A stretch of 33,871 nt of DNA. Origin: Saprolegnia diclina VS20. Lineage: Eukaryota. Below, piece by piece: positions 21,343 to 33,662 of this stretch. The stretch covers positions 263,619 to 297,489 of the forward strand of contig NW_008246069.1 of the NCBI RefSeq assembly GCF_000281045.1, given 5' to 3'. Numbering within the stretch: position 1 is the first letter of the stretch; each line of letters opens with the position of its first letter. The translations under genes and the position numbers were made by a program. The notes under the pieces are model-generated. The model was not told where the DNA came from. It saw nothing but the letters and a program-made list of their open reading frames with translations, and did no database searches.

Positions 21343-23643
21343 ATGCGCGACGACGAGATCCTCGGCCCTGGCGAGTACACGTGCCGGCGCACGTCGGCCG
21401 CCGTCGCATGGGACGGCTTCGCCTTCGCCAAGGGCGTCTTCGCCAAGCGCCATGCGATCAAGAGCTTGATCATGGCCAAGGTCGAGGCCAACATTGCCCT
21501 GAGCGATATGGCCAGTGGCTGGGACGAGCTGCACGTGGGCCACCAGCTTGTGGCCGTCGACGGCAAGAGCGTCGACCGACTCTCATCTTCGGAGCTCGCG
21601 CGCCTCTTGCTTAATGTACGTGTTGTGCCATTGCATCGCGGTGTCTGGATTGTCTGGTAGGCGACCGAGCTCACGCTCGTGGACGAGAAGCGCGGCCAGC
21701 TTGAGCGCGACCTCATGCTTAGCGTGCGTGGGTCAGTGCACTTTATGTCGGCCGTCGAGCTCCACGAGCGCATGCAGCGTGCTGTGGCGTTCCTGCTGAC
21801 AAACAAGCTCGACATGGCGTTTGTCCTCCTCTCGGAAATCCCGCCGGGCGCCGACGTCCTCGTGAGCGTCCTCAAGGCCGAGCTCCAATTCGTGCGTGCG
21901 CTCGTGTCGCAAGATGCGCTCTGCACACAGGTACGCTCGCTCGTCTGCTTGCCTCAACAACCTCCTCTTGCTGGTTAGAAAGCCATCGAGGACGCTGAAA
22001 AGGCGGTCGCGATCGTCTCGCAGTTCACAGAGCTACCGCAGCGCTCGGTCGCGCGCAAGCTTCGATGCGATGCTGCGCTGGCCGAGGCGTATGCACTGAC
22101 CGGCATATCGCACCTGCTCCAGCACAACGTCAACCCCGCCGTGACCGCGCTGCGCAAGAGCCTCAGTCTCTACACGTCGCTTCGCCATGCGCTGACGACC
22201 GCGTCGCCGCGTCTGCCGCAACGCACGTACACGGATCTTCTCGGCCGCGCGCGCTTTGGACTTGGCGTCTTCCACCTCTTTAGCGCCGTCGTACCGGCCG
22301 AATTTCAGTGGATTCTGCAGCTGCTCCAAGTCCATGTCGACACTCCGCACGGTATGAAGCAGCTGCACGCCGCGTGGACAACCCAAAACTTGCGTGCCCC
22401 GTGGGCCGGGGTCGCGCTCATGAACGCATCGCCCGCGCTTCTGCAACACCGACTTCGCACCAAGTCGACGACAACACCAACAAGAAGGACCGCGTCAACC
22501 GATGACGAGCTGTCGTCGTCGTCTTCGTCGCCGGCTTCGTCCGATGACGAAGGCGACACGAGTGCCATTATGCACTGGCACGACCCCACTGCCATGCGCG
22601 AGACGCTGGAGCGCGTCATGACCGAGTGCTTGCGGCTACACCCGAATTGGGTCATCTACCTCTGGAGTGCGAGCGTCGCAGCCCAGTGGCAGGACCCGTC
22701 GCGAGCCCTCGTCCTCGGCGTCCGCGCCGAGGCAGCCGTCGGTGCGAGCGAGCGCACGTACCAGCTGCAGCTTCACAATGGCCACGTAAGCTTCCGCATC
22801 CTTGCCGTCGAGCGCGCGACGTCGTATTTCCAGTCGATCATCACGCAACACGCGCGGACCAAGGCCATGGCGCCGACGTCGACGCAGCTCGATGCGTGCG
22901 TGCACCTCGCAGCGTGCATCGGCCTCGACGATCCACGAGCAACCAAGACGATGCGGTCGCTGCTTCGCCACGCACTCTTCTTGTACGTCCCACCACTAAT
23001 ATCTTTTCTACTTGGACTATCGCAGTGGGATGGTAGGAAGAAGGAGCCGATCGACGAGGACGCGGCGTTGCTCCTCGACCGCGCGGCGTACTACGACCGC
23101 CTCCCGGATGCCCACTTGCCACTCTTGGCCTTTGACTTGCTCTTCCTCGGCGCCGACCAACGACTTACGGGATCCGAGATTGCCGACGCCGCACAAATGT
23201 GGATGACGCGCACGTGTCCGACGGTCGTGACGCGCCCTGCGTCGAGCATCGCGCTCGAGACCGCATTTGCAACGTGGTCGGTGGATCGCAGTTTCGCGAC
23301 TCTGGACGAAGTGCATTTGCAGCTGGATGCGTGGACGCTCTACGGCCTCGTACTGCGGCAGATGCCATCGACTCGCAACGACGCGTTGCAGTGCTTTGCG
23401 TCGGTCGTCGCTCTCAGTAAAGTCTGGCCGAACGTCGCGACTCCGTGCGTGGCAGCGGCAGCGTTCTGTCTCACAAAGGACCTCGTGCACACGGCGCTGG
23501 CACCGGCCCTCGACGTCCTCCACCACGGCGCGTCCTACTACGTGAACGACAAAGGAGGGCTTTTGACATCCATGTACCTCCGCCGCATCAAGATGCTCGC
23601 GTCCGTCCTGCGGCATCGCTCGAGCAGCACCGCCGCGCGATAG
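21343..23643 (+). CDS. PDZ-like N-terminus plus TTC39/IML2-family TPR protein
   Basis: Exons 21343-21615, 21661-21930, 21979-22982 and 23037-23643. PDZ-like LHVGHQLVAVDGKSV...ELARLL...ELTL. TTC39-like RFGLGVFHLFSAVVP...ILQLL...GMKQL...LRAPWAGVALM and HPNWVIYLW. Confidence 0.75.
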
Positions 23644-23928
23644 AGTCGCTAGCATCCCACTAATTAGAATAGTCTCTTTTAGCCGAGAATGTGTCGCCAG
23701 GACAAGCCCACAGCAATATGATGCAAGATGCAGCACGCTTGCACGTCCGAAGACCGAAGGGTATCTGGCTGCCGCTTGGGAGCTTTACCGTCAACGGCTA
23801 GTTGCGTCAGTCGCCAAGGCCACGACAACCCTAACCCTTGCTTTGTGCGAGAGTCGATGAGGAAAGGCAGACAATGACGTCCGTGTCAGCAGACGAATTG
23901 TATAGTACGGAGATGGATCGATCAGTTC

Positions 23929-25454
23929 TTAGAGACGCTCGACGCGATCGAGACGCAGCGACGCTGCAAGAGTCGCGACTGCTTCGTCGAGCGCATCTTC
24001 CAGCACGAGGGTGACGTTGGAGCCAAATGAACTAATGTTGAGCACTTGCGTGTGCACCGAGTCGAGTCCCGACATGGCAGCGACGATGCCCGTCTCGTCA
24101 AAGCCATACTTGCGTCCGCAGAGCGTAATGACGCGCCATCGGTCCGGCGACACAACGACGGCACTCTCGGAGAAGTCGCTCAAGCACTCTTCGTCGAGGA
24201 TCAAGCAAATTTCCTCGGCCGTTTCGCAGTAGCACCAGAACGCGCTGGCGTGCTGGCGCGACGTCGTAGCCACGCCCGGCGCGTTGGTCGTCATCAGCAG
24301 CTGCGTGAGCCCAAAGGCACTGTCGCGAATCGCGTCCTTCTTCAAGCGAACCAGCACCATGGACGCCGGGTACACTACATGCCGGTCTTAGGTGGTGTGT
24401 GACAAGCATCCAACCGCACCGGCGAGGTATTGGGACGACGATCCAGCAACACTGACGGGCGACGGTAGCAGTGACGAGGGGCTTGAGAGGTGACTGGGCG
24501 AGTCGGACCCTTCGCTGCTAAGTCGCCGACTGGTCTCCTCGTCCTTGACCTATGACGGTGTCCTAAGTCGCGTCATCTTGCAGACGACGAGGGTTCCTAC
24601 CTCTTTGAGACCGTGGACACCGCGTGAGAGCTTGCTCTGAAGGCAGTGAATGGCCTTTTCCAAGTTGCATTCCTACTCAGCCGCGTCTAGCGACGACTGC
24701 GCCATGCGACGAGCAACGTACTTGGACGTAAATGATGTCGGTGTCGTAGGTGCTATCTCGACACCTGAGTGGCGTCGGGCATTGGTCAAGAGATCGCGTA
24801 CCTCATGTTGAGAATGCTAATGTTGTCTTCGGCGAGCAGCTGCGAAAGAAAGCTACGCAGCGCATGAGCTGTGTACTGTGCATTCCACGCACCGTATGAC
24901 GCCGGGAAACTCGGCGACCATTGGGCCCAAGTGGATCTATGGTGTCGTTGGATGGGCATAGTATCGGTCGAGGAGCCGTCTCTCTGTACCTGGATCGCTC
25001 GCCACTGCTGGGGCGCCAGGTGAATGTCTTCCAGCACCTTCTACAACACGCATCGTACTCGTGCTGCATCAATGCTGAAGCGTACCGCAAACTCGAAGAC
25101 CTTGACACCGTTCGGGTCCACGAAGAGCGTGATCCCGTCCTTGTCGGCGACCATCGAGAAGACCTCGGCCTCCTTGGACCGGCAAATGTGCGACGCGCTC
25201 ACGTTTGTGTCGCCTTCCCGGCACACGACGCTGCAGCCGCCGTAGAGGAGCAGGCTACGCGGTATGGTCTGGAAGGACGATCGCCAGTCGCACGTACGTG
25301 AGGAGCGCCCAGCTGCATGCATGGACGCGCTCGGGCGGGATCAAGAGAACCGCAAGTGCACCTACGTGCAGCTCCATGGAGCTCATAGCCCATCGCGCGA
25401 CCATGTACCTGGCAGCAGCGTCGCATGGAAGTTGGACGTCGAGACCAAGTCCAT
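23929..25454 (-). CDS. CASTOR/GATS-like tandem ACT-domain amino-acid sensor (about 10 exons)
   Basis: Spliced sequence gives FSMVADKDGITLFV, QWRAIQI, LSQLLAEDNISILNMSTYDTDIIYV, FWCYCETAEEICLILDE and WRVITL...GFDETGIVAAMS...LNISSFGSNVTLV. This is the four-ACT CASTOR layout. Confidence 0.85.
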
Positions 25455-25969
25455 GTGCTTTGTCTTCTGGAGGTTGCAAACCGCCACGTGCGTTTTTCTT
25501 CTAGTCGACTAAACCGAGTAAAAGTCATGGACACATTCCCTTAAAAAGTATGTTGCTCGATGCACGCACTTGGAATCCGCACGACTTGCGGCGCCAACGT
25601 GGCAGCCTTTGGTACTGCAAGACGAGAAAATGTGGGATTGGAGACTTGATCCAGCGCCCAGCGCGGCAAGGCCATCCTTGTTGCGTGCAAGGTCGCGGCC
25701 GTCGCGTGCTGAACAGCGTCGCATCGATGGGGGTTAGCCACGGCAACGAGCGCCACGAGAACGTTCTCGTCTGCTTGCAGCGTGCGCTAGAGCCACGCGA
25801 ATCGGCGCCATGTGTGCTGGCACCCTGACATGGCTACTTCGTGTTTCGTAAGTGTACTTGTGTAAGCGAATTCCAACGGCGGACGGTGCGATGTCGATCG
25901 GTTAAACGACTAAAACGCCTTGCCTGTCATAGTCGTGGTATCGACTACCGTTGCGAAAGGTCGCGCAGG

Positions 25970-28900
25970 ATGGAGGCCAACCGCCGGTTCCTTGACCAGC
26001 ACCCTCCCGACGCCCGCCGCAGCACGAGCGCCAAGCCGACCACCAAGGCTGCGCTGCCGCACCGGTTCCGCTCCGCGCTGAGCATGGCGGCCATGCACAG
26101 CGTACTTGTCTCTTCTTGTCCTCGGCCATCACGAGAAGCATCATCTGCAATAGGACCAAGACGAGCTCGCCAAGCACATCAAGGTGCCCATGCCACCATT
26201 ACCCTCCCCGCAATGGCTCATGCTGGTGGGTCGTGTCTAGCCGGGCCTGTACTTTTACAAGTTTCTGCAGCCCGTCGGCGGCCGGCGCCTCGAGCTCAAC
26301 ATCCCCGACACAGTCCTCTGCGAGAGCAGCGAGAGTGCCAAGGAGGACGTCCTATGGCTCGTGACGGACGCGTCTGGCCACATTTGCTGCGTCGACCGCC
26401 CGATCAACTGGAAGCGCAAGTTCATCGCTGACATCACCGTGCCGGCCTCGACACCCGCGCCAGTCGACCCAAGCGACTACCACGCCCATTACATCCCCAA
26501 GCCGACGAGCGAAGACGTGCTCGCTGTGCGCAAGATGAGCAGCACCAAGCCGTTCGCGCCGCCGTCCACGACTACGATTGCGATTCCCAAGCGCCATTTG
26601 GACCGCATTCTGCAGAGCGACACCAAGAAGCTCGGGTACGTCGTACAAAAGTACATTCGGTGTCGTGGCATCAACGCCGCCTTTTACCGCGCCGTGTGGG
26701 TGCACGGCAGCCAGAACCCGTACGCGCTCTACATCCTCAACAAGTACACCTGTCGTCTCCTTTGTGGACAACTTGTCTATTGTTATATAGCAACAAATTT
26801 TCCGACTATGCCCGACCAAGTCCGCTTGCGTTGGCATGCACTGGGTGTCTCATGGTCGATCTATGCTTAGCGGCCGAGCGAGCGCACGAGCTCGAACTGC
26901 ATGACACGTCGCTCGAGGTCGCGACCGACGTCGCCAAGTATTACTGTGCGTCGAGCACCGCGCTCGAGCCGAGCGAGACGAACGGCGGTGTGCCCTTTGT
27001 ACCAGATTTGCACGCCTCCAAGCTCCGAGGTACATCGTCCGCGCACTCGCGCGTTTCTACGGTAGTCCACCGGGTAGGCCCGCCGATTCAGCCGGCGCTG
27101 GACGCGGTCGCCCGCATTGTGCAGCACGTGCAGCACCACATTCCGTGCGTCAAATTCGATGAAATGGCCGTCGATTTCATCAAAGACATTGACGGAAAAT
27201 GGTGGTTTCTCCAAGTTCAATCGTTCCACTACAAGCTCCGAACGACGACGCCGCCGGACGTCAGCGACGTGTACGAGTCGCTCGTGTCGATACCGAAGCG
27301 CCTCTCACTCCGCACAAAAGAAGCGTGTGCCAAGGCCCCGAAAGCTGTCGTGTCCTTACCGTCCTCGATGCTGTGCTTCCTCTGCCATGAAACCTTTGCG
27401 CTCTCGCTCGACGATGTCGCATCCTTGGGCTTGGTGCTGGACGACGACGACCACATGAAGCTAGCGACCAACGTGTCGGGCTACATCATGACGTTCAAGA
27501 TGGTGCTCGACACAATCTGCGGCCTCCGCCAGCGCGGCGTCTACATGCACGTTTGGGAGGCAAGCGTCGCGCTGCAACGTGGCCTCAACCAGCAGCTCGT
27601 GCTCTCCAACGAGTGCCGGGTTTGCTTTGTGTGCTATCAGATCTATAAACACCAAGTGCGCGTGACGACGACGGCACGAACGATTCATGCATTCTTCCAC
27701 GCCGACCCGACGCACCCGCCGCCGCCCGTCGTCCGCATCGACGGCATCCTCGCACGCATCCTCGAAGCCCGGCGCGAGCACGACGTGCGCGACTTTACCT
27801 ACGCCGAGCAAGCGCTGGCGAAACCGCGTCTGAGCGCTGTCCGCGGAACCGACGTCGACCCGAGCTGCGACCACTTTTGCGTGTGCTTGTTCTTTCATGA
27901 AGTGCAGGACGTTGCGCTACGGACCGCGGTCGCCACCGACTATGTGCTCGAGTACCAGCTCGGTCAAGCGTTTTGCAAGCTCTCCTTTGACGGCCCCAAG
28001 TTTCACTCGATCCACCGCTGGCAACTCTGCGAAGTATGGCGATTTCAGATTTGACATAGTACTCAGTTCTTATTGGGCAGGCGAGATTGCACTATGTGCT
28101 GGCATCCCCCGAGGCGTTTACCGAGTACTGCGTCGAAAGCAAAATTCACGTCAAACTCAAAACGCGCGACGGCGTCTTTGCCGGCCACGCGTTTATGTCG
28201 CTTAAACCTCTTTTGCTCGCGGCGCACGCAGCCATGACGTCCGATGAAGCCGACGCCAACGGTGATGAGACCGTCAACCCGCGCCGACCCAGTGCATTCC
28301 CGCGCAACTGCTCGTGCGATGTGCTCGTACCGCTCAAGACCCATGATCTGGGCTTGCTCAAACTCAAAGTGACGCTGGGGCTGATTGCGTCGCAGGACGA
28401 TTTTGCCAACTACCGCGCCGCCCTCGAAGACCTCGACGTTATCCAAGAGAGCAACGTGTACTGGCCGCAGCTCTCGTATTTCAAGCCGAGCGTCGTCCTT
28501 CCGATCGAGTGGATGACGCTCCTCACGTCGTCCGAGTATGTGAGTCATACGGCAGACATTTCCCAGTACTTTGCATACCTTCAGGACATTTGAGACATGG
28601 TATTCGGGTGTAGGTCGATTGATGAGAGCGTGGCCCTCAACATCCTCACGCTGCCGCACGAACCAGCGTCGCCCAAGGAAGAGAAGAAGCCCGACGAGAA
28701 GATCCGCAACCACGACCGCGACATGCAGCCGCCCCTCGCCACGGTAGTCGCACGAACCGTCTTTGGTATGAACGCTATGGCTAGGTCCGTCACGTGGTCT
28801 TTCGGCTCGCTGGCAACGTCGAGACGTTTCCGGCGCTGTTGCTGGGGCATTTACTGCGATCCGTGAGCTTTGGCAAACTCACGGGCGCCAAGCCCCGCGC

Positions 28901-31093
28901 CGCGTCATGGCGAGCGCCTGCAACCCTGCGACTGACGGCCCACTACACCCTCGACACCATTTTCGCAGGCCTCGTCAAGGCCAAACCGTCCCGCCTCGAG
29001 CCGATCGCTGTCTTTGGCGAGCTCATTTTGCTGCTTTTGGCGACCAAGCGCATTCCGCGCGTCTTGAGTCTGAAAGCGCTCGAGGCGACGTTCTCGCCGT
29101 ACTGGCTCCAGCGCACGGCGAGTGTCATGGACCCGCTTCCGTCGCACGTCGACGACGCCGTCCTGCTCTCGAAGCGCGTACTTTGGAATCGCGCGGTGCG
29201 GCGCTGTCAGCTCGCGGGCTTTGGGAACCCGTCCATGGCCTTTGTGGCGCGGCTCGAGTGGCCCGGACACATTCCGCCGACGCAAGTGCTGCACCGGAAA
29301 CGAAGTCTTCGCACGCGGCTTCGCCTCTTGGCGTACGCCCAAATGTTTGAGCTCGTCGAGAGCAACGACTCGGGCTACTTGGACATTGGCGAGTTTCGCT
29401 GTTTGCCGCAGGTACCGTCGCTTCTTTCATCTCGCAGAGTGCAGTGAACAGGGCTGTAGAGCATGGGCAGCCACTCGCGACTGCTCAAGAAGCGCCGGTG
29501 CACGCGCACGATGCCCGACTTTGTACAAGTGGCGCCCGGCGATGTCGTTGTCGCTCCCACTAGCCCCGTCGAGCGCCGGTCGAGTCTCAAGCTCTCAGAC
29601 GCCGAGCTCAACAACGCCAGTCAGCCATTGGCGTCCATGGCGCTCCTGCATGCGTGGGACGACCGTCTCTTCTCGTGCGTCATCACCGCCTTCGAAGCGA
29701 CGCTCGCGTCTCTCGTGCAGAGCGCACAGTTTCAAGCTGCGTTTGCCCACTTTGACGAATTTGGCTCGGGCGGCTATGCCTACCACGGTACTTTGCCTCT
29801 TTGTATCAACGTTTCAAGAAGTGGACAGATTTCTGGCTCATGGCCGAGAACGCGCTCCAAGACGGCAGTGGCGACCGGCAGCGCGTCGACGGCTTTTGCC
29901 TTCGGCACGGACTCACAGAGATGTACGCCAACGACTACGTGTGTGTGCACTGCGACTTTGACGTGCGAGTCGTCGTCTTCTTGATGGGCTCTCATGCGGC
30001 GCGTAGTACTTGGACCCGTTCTTTCTCGAGGCCAGTGGCCCGACGCGCGTGGACGGACCCGTGGCAGTGAAGACCGAGACTGCGGACGAGGACGGGGACA
30101 ACGACGAAGACGAGACACCGGCCGTGCCCCGGCTTCGCTCGCTGCGCTTCAATCCGAGCGACTTTTGCAGCCAAATCATGCTGGAAGCCGCGCCGGACGA
30201 GCCAAAGCCCCACCGCTTCCTTCGGCAACACACGGTTGATCTCGGGTCGCTGCCGTCGACGCGTCTTCGTCATCGCAAGTCGTCGTCCCGACGTTCATCC
30301 ACGGACGTAGCGACCTTCGACGCACTTGCCTTGGCACCGCAACCGCAGGCAACCGAGGTGGACCCGGCAGCCGACGATTTCCTAAACGATGACGACGATG
30401 ACGACGACGACTCGTCACTGGCGTCGGCGGCGGCGGTCGTCCCGCAAGACGACGAGGAAGACGACGACCAGATCGGCGCGCTCTCCTACTTCAAGCACGT
30501 CGAGAGCAACTTCATCACAAAAGCATTCGAAGACAAAGTCGAACACCGGATCGCGCGCAAGTACGCGCCGATCCAGAGCGTCGCGACGCTCGACCACGTC
30601 ACCCGCGACGAGGTAGCGCTCCACGAGATGCTCGAGCTTCTCGAGGCGGCCGAGAAAGAGTTGCACGAGACACCGCGGAAGCCGCAACTCTCGCCCAAGC
30701 CCAAGCGGCACTTGCAGAAGAGTGCGAGCGCCCCCGACACGAGCAACCAACAGCCGTTTGTGCGAGCGTCGACCGATCCAGCAACCAAGAAGCTCGATGC
30801 CAAGACCCAAGCCCGGCTGCTGGAAAGGCTCTGCAAACCGCCAAACAAACGCATGCAGAGCAGCGCGTCGTACGCAAATTTGCTGCAAAAGGAGATGGCG
30901 CGGACCGGCAAGACCGACGTCCTCCGCAGCATTGCGCGCATGGAAGCCAAGCGGCGCGAGGTACGTTCGTCATACAGAGGCTGTCTCTCCTGCACGCGAT
31001 GTCTAGCTCGATGACAAGGTCGCCGACGAGATCCAGGGCATCCGCGAGCAGTTAGCATCCCTCCACGCGTCGACGCACCGGCGCAATCGATAA
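25970..31093 (+). CDS. Large hypothetical protein (about 1480 aa, 13 exons): ATP-grasp-like domain, Cys clusters, EF-hand pair, acidic/coiled-coil tail
   Basis: Exons 25970-26101, 26154-26183, 26241-26743, 26791-26819, 26871-27029, 27078-28033, 28081-28535, 28614-28743, 28785-29411, 29460-29787, 29829-29962, 30007-30960 and 31007-31093 all join in phase. Motifs YVVQKYI, MAVDFIKDIDGKWWFLQV and FELVESNDSGYLDIGEF. Confidence 0.78.
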
Positions 31094-31115
31094 GGGACAG
31101 CAAAGAACGTTGCCA

Positions 31116-33045
31116 TTAGAGCTCTGCGACTTGCGGTCGGGGCGCGCTGGGCGCCGCGTTGTGCGAGACGAGCTCGGCGCGCCGGCTCTTGAGCGCCGAC
31201 ATTTCATTGCGAATGTCACTCCGTCTGTTGTTGAGTTGCTTGAGGAGCTCGCCTTCCTATGGTCCTATGAGTACGCGATACAAACGGCAGAGGAACGTAC
31301 AGGCTTGTTGGCGTACGCCTTGAGCAAATTCGCTTGCTCTTGCTTAAGATGCTCGAGCTTCGAGTCGATCTCGTGCAGCGTCGCCTCGAGCTACGTGTGG
31401 TCGTTCGTGTCCCTGGTGCTATTACATAAGCGGTTGCTCTACCTTCATCTTGGACTGTAGTCGCAAGTCGGACTTCTTTTCGACAACTTGGCTAAACATT
31501 TCTTTGCGTTCTTCTTCAATCGCGAGCCGATGCTGCTTGACGGCTTCGACCTTGCTGTGGAGCTTTGTGAGCTTCTCGACCATCTCGTCGAGCTCGGCCG
31601 CGACCGGGTCGTCGCCGCCCGCCGCCTTGGTCTTCTCCTGCGCCTCCAGCCGCTGCTTGGCCGCTTGGATCGCGGCGCCGAGTGCCTTGTTGTCGCGCTT
31701 GTAGCGAATGCGCGCCGTCACGAGCGCTTTGGCCTTCTCCTCGAGCGCCTGGTTGGCGGCCTGCATCTCGGCGTTGATGGCGCGCTGGTCTTCGTTCTAC
31801 ATGCAGATGATGGCGAGGTGGTAGGGGTAGGGCAAAGCGTACGGCCAAAATATCCTTTTCCGTCTACAGCAGAGGCGACATGAGCGATCCAACAAGGCCA
31901 GACAGGAGCGCACGCACCGCTTCCTTGCGCAGTGTGTCGACGACGCGCGCGAGCTCGGTCGCATTGGCCTGCAGCGTGTCGTACTCGGCCTTGACCTTGC
32001 GGTACTGCTCCACGAGCAGCGACAGCTTCTTCTGCTGGAGGGCAACGTCGCGGAGCTTCTTCTGGTGCTTGGCGCGCAGCGCCTCTTCCTGCGCCGCGCT
32101 CTTCTCGGCCGCCTTCTTGATGCGCTCTTCGAGGTTGGCGGTTTTCTCGCGAATCGCTTCGTCCGACTGGACCGCGCTCGCGTCCTGGGCGTTGACAAGC
32201 CACGGCAACGACCCGAGGTCCGTGATGTTGGCGTAGTCCTTTGTAAAGTCTTTGCCCGCGCGCGTCGCAAAGTTCATGGTCCGGAAGCCCGACTGCTTCT
32301 TCTGCGCCGTGCGCGAGAACGGGTCGTCGGCGTCTTCGTCGCTCATCCTAGCGTCATGGCATCAGTAGGTTGAGGCATTGGAGGAGGAGGATGGCAAGTA
32401 CCGCAAATCTTGCTCGGCCGCCCACGTCGTCGTCGTCTCGGGCTCGGCCTCGGCGCGGCTGCCTTGGTCTTTCTTTTTGTAGTAGCGCACGTGGCGGCGG
32501 CGGCGCACGGCGTCGTTCGGGTGCTTTGTCGCGTGGCTGAGCTCCTCCTTTGCGAGCTTGAGCACGTCGGTCCAGTCCGCGCCGTACGTCCAGCCGTCCT
32601 TGTCGACGCTCGCCCAGTTGGAGAAGAGGTCGACCTCCCACTCGCTCGTCCACTCGTACCCTTCCGGCAGCGTCGTCGTCGGAAAGACGTCGTCGCCCAG
32701 CCCGATCGCAGCGGACGCGTCGCCGTACCGCTTCGGGTCGACACTTGGCCGCAGGACGCCGCCGTCGACGCGGTCGTGCTCGTACACGTACTCGGTGAGC
32801 TCACCATCGTGGCTTGCACGCTCGATCTTGTTGGTCGGCGCCGCCGCCGTCGCGCCCAAGGGAAACGGAACCTTGGTCATGAAGCCGCCGAGCCGCGACA
32901 TGGCCGACATGGCAGTGCTGGCGCCGGACGGCGGCCCGATCGTCGACGCAAAGCTTAGGCCTGTGCTCGACGTCACGCTCGGCGCGTTGCCCGCGGCAGT
33001 GTTGCTCGACGAGCCATGCCCGAGGAACTTGCCGAACGTGTTCAT
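31116..33045 (-). CDS. DysF (dysferlin/Pex24p/TECPR1-type) domain plus long coiled-coil protein
   Basis: DysF motifs VYEHDR, LPEGYEWTSEWEVD, VDKDGWTYGADW and DAVRRRRHVR. Exons 33045-32402, 32347-31918, 31863-31843, 31796-31443, 31390-31301 and 31256-31116. Confidence 0.85.
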
Positions 33046-33395
33046 GCTGCGGTGGCCAGCTCCGAGGTCGTCGAATAGTCAGTTGATGCTGGGACAGAAT
33101 GATGGTATCTATAAAAAGCAATACAAAGCCATAAAAAACATTTGGAAGCATTTCGAGCAGCGATTCAACGCTGCCATTGCATCGAGATGTAAAATTGCAG
33201 TGCCATCAATCAATGACCGATGAGCCCGATGGCAATGTGCATCTTTACATGGTCGAACTCGGTCGGGATGGCGAGAATCGTGAGGACAAGGTGCCACGCT
33301 ACCGCGTTCGATCCCTGCGTCCAGCGTCGCCAGTCGTGGCTCGAACAAGGGTTCGGTCTCGATACTTTAGTTCATGTGCCTGGGTGCCTCTCGGG

Positions 33396-33560
33396 NNNNN
33401 NNNNNNNNNNNNNNNNNNNNNNNNNNNNNNNNNNNNNNNNNNNNNNNNNNNNNNNNNNNNNNNNNNNNNNNNNNNNNNNNNNNNNNNNNNNNNNNNNNNN
33501 NNNNNNNNNNNNNNNNNNNNNNNNNNNNNNNNNNNNNNNNNNNNNNNNNNNNNNNNNNNN
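33396..33560. other. Assembly gap (N run)
   Basis: Run of N directly abutting a microsatellite. Confidence 1.
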
Positions 33561-33613
<53 letters not shown>

Positions 33614-33614
33614 C

Positions 33615-33653
<39 letters not shown>

Positions 33654-33662
33654 CCTATCTAT
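33561..33662. repeat. (ATCT)n / (GATA)n tetranucleotide microsatellite
   Basis: About 25 units with two ACCT variants. It probably extends into the gap. Confidence 0.97.

Noticed and set aside
23828..23839. AACCCTAACCCT telomere-like fragment
   Set aside because: Under two units long and consistent with chance.
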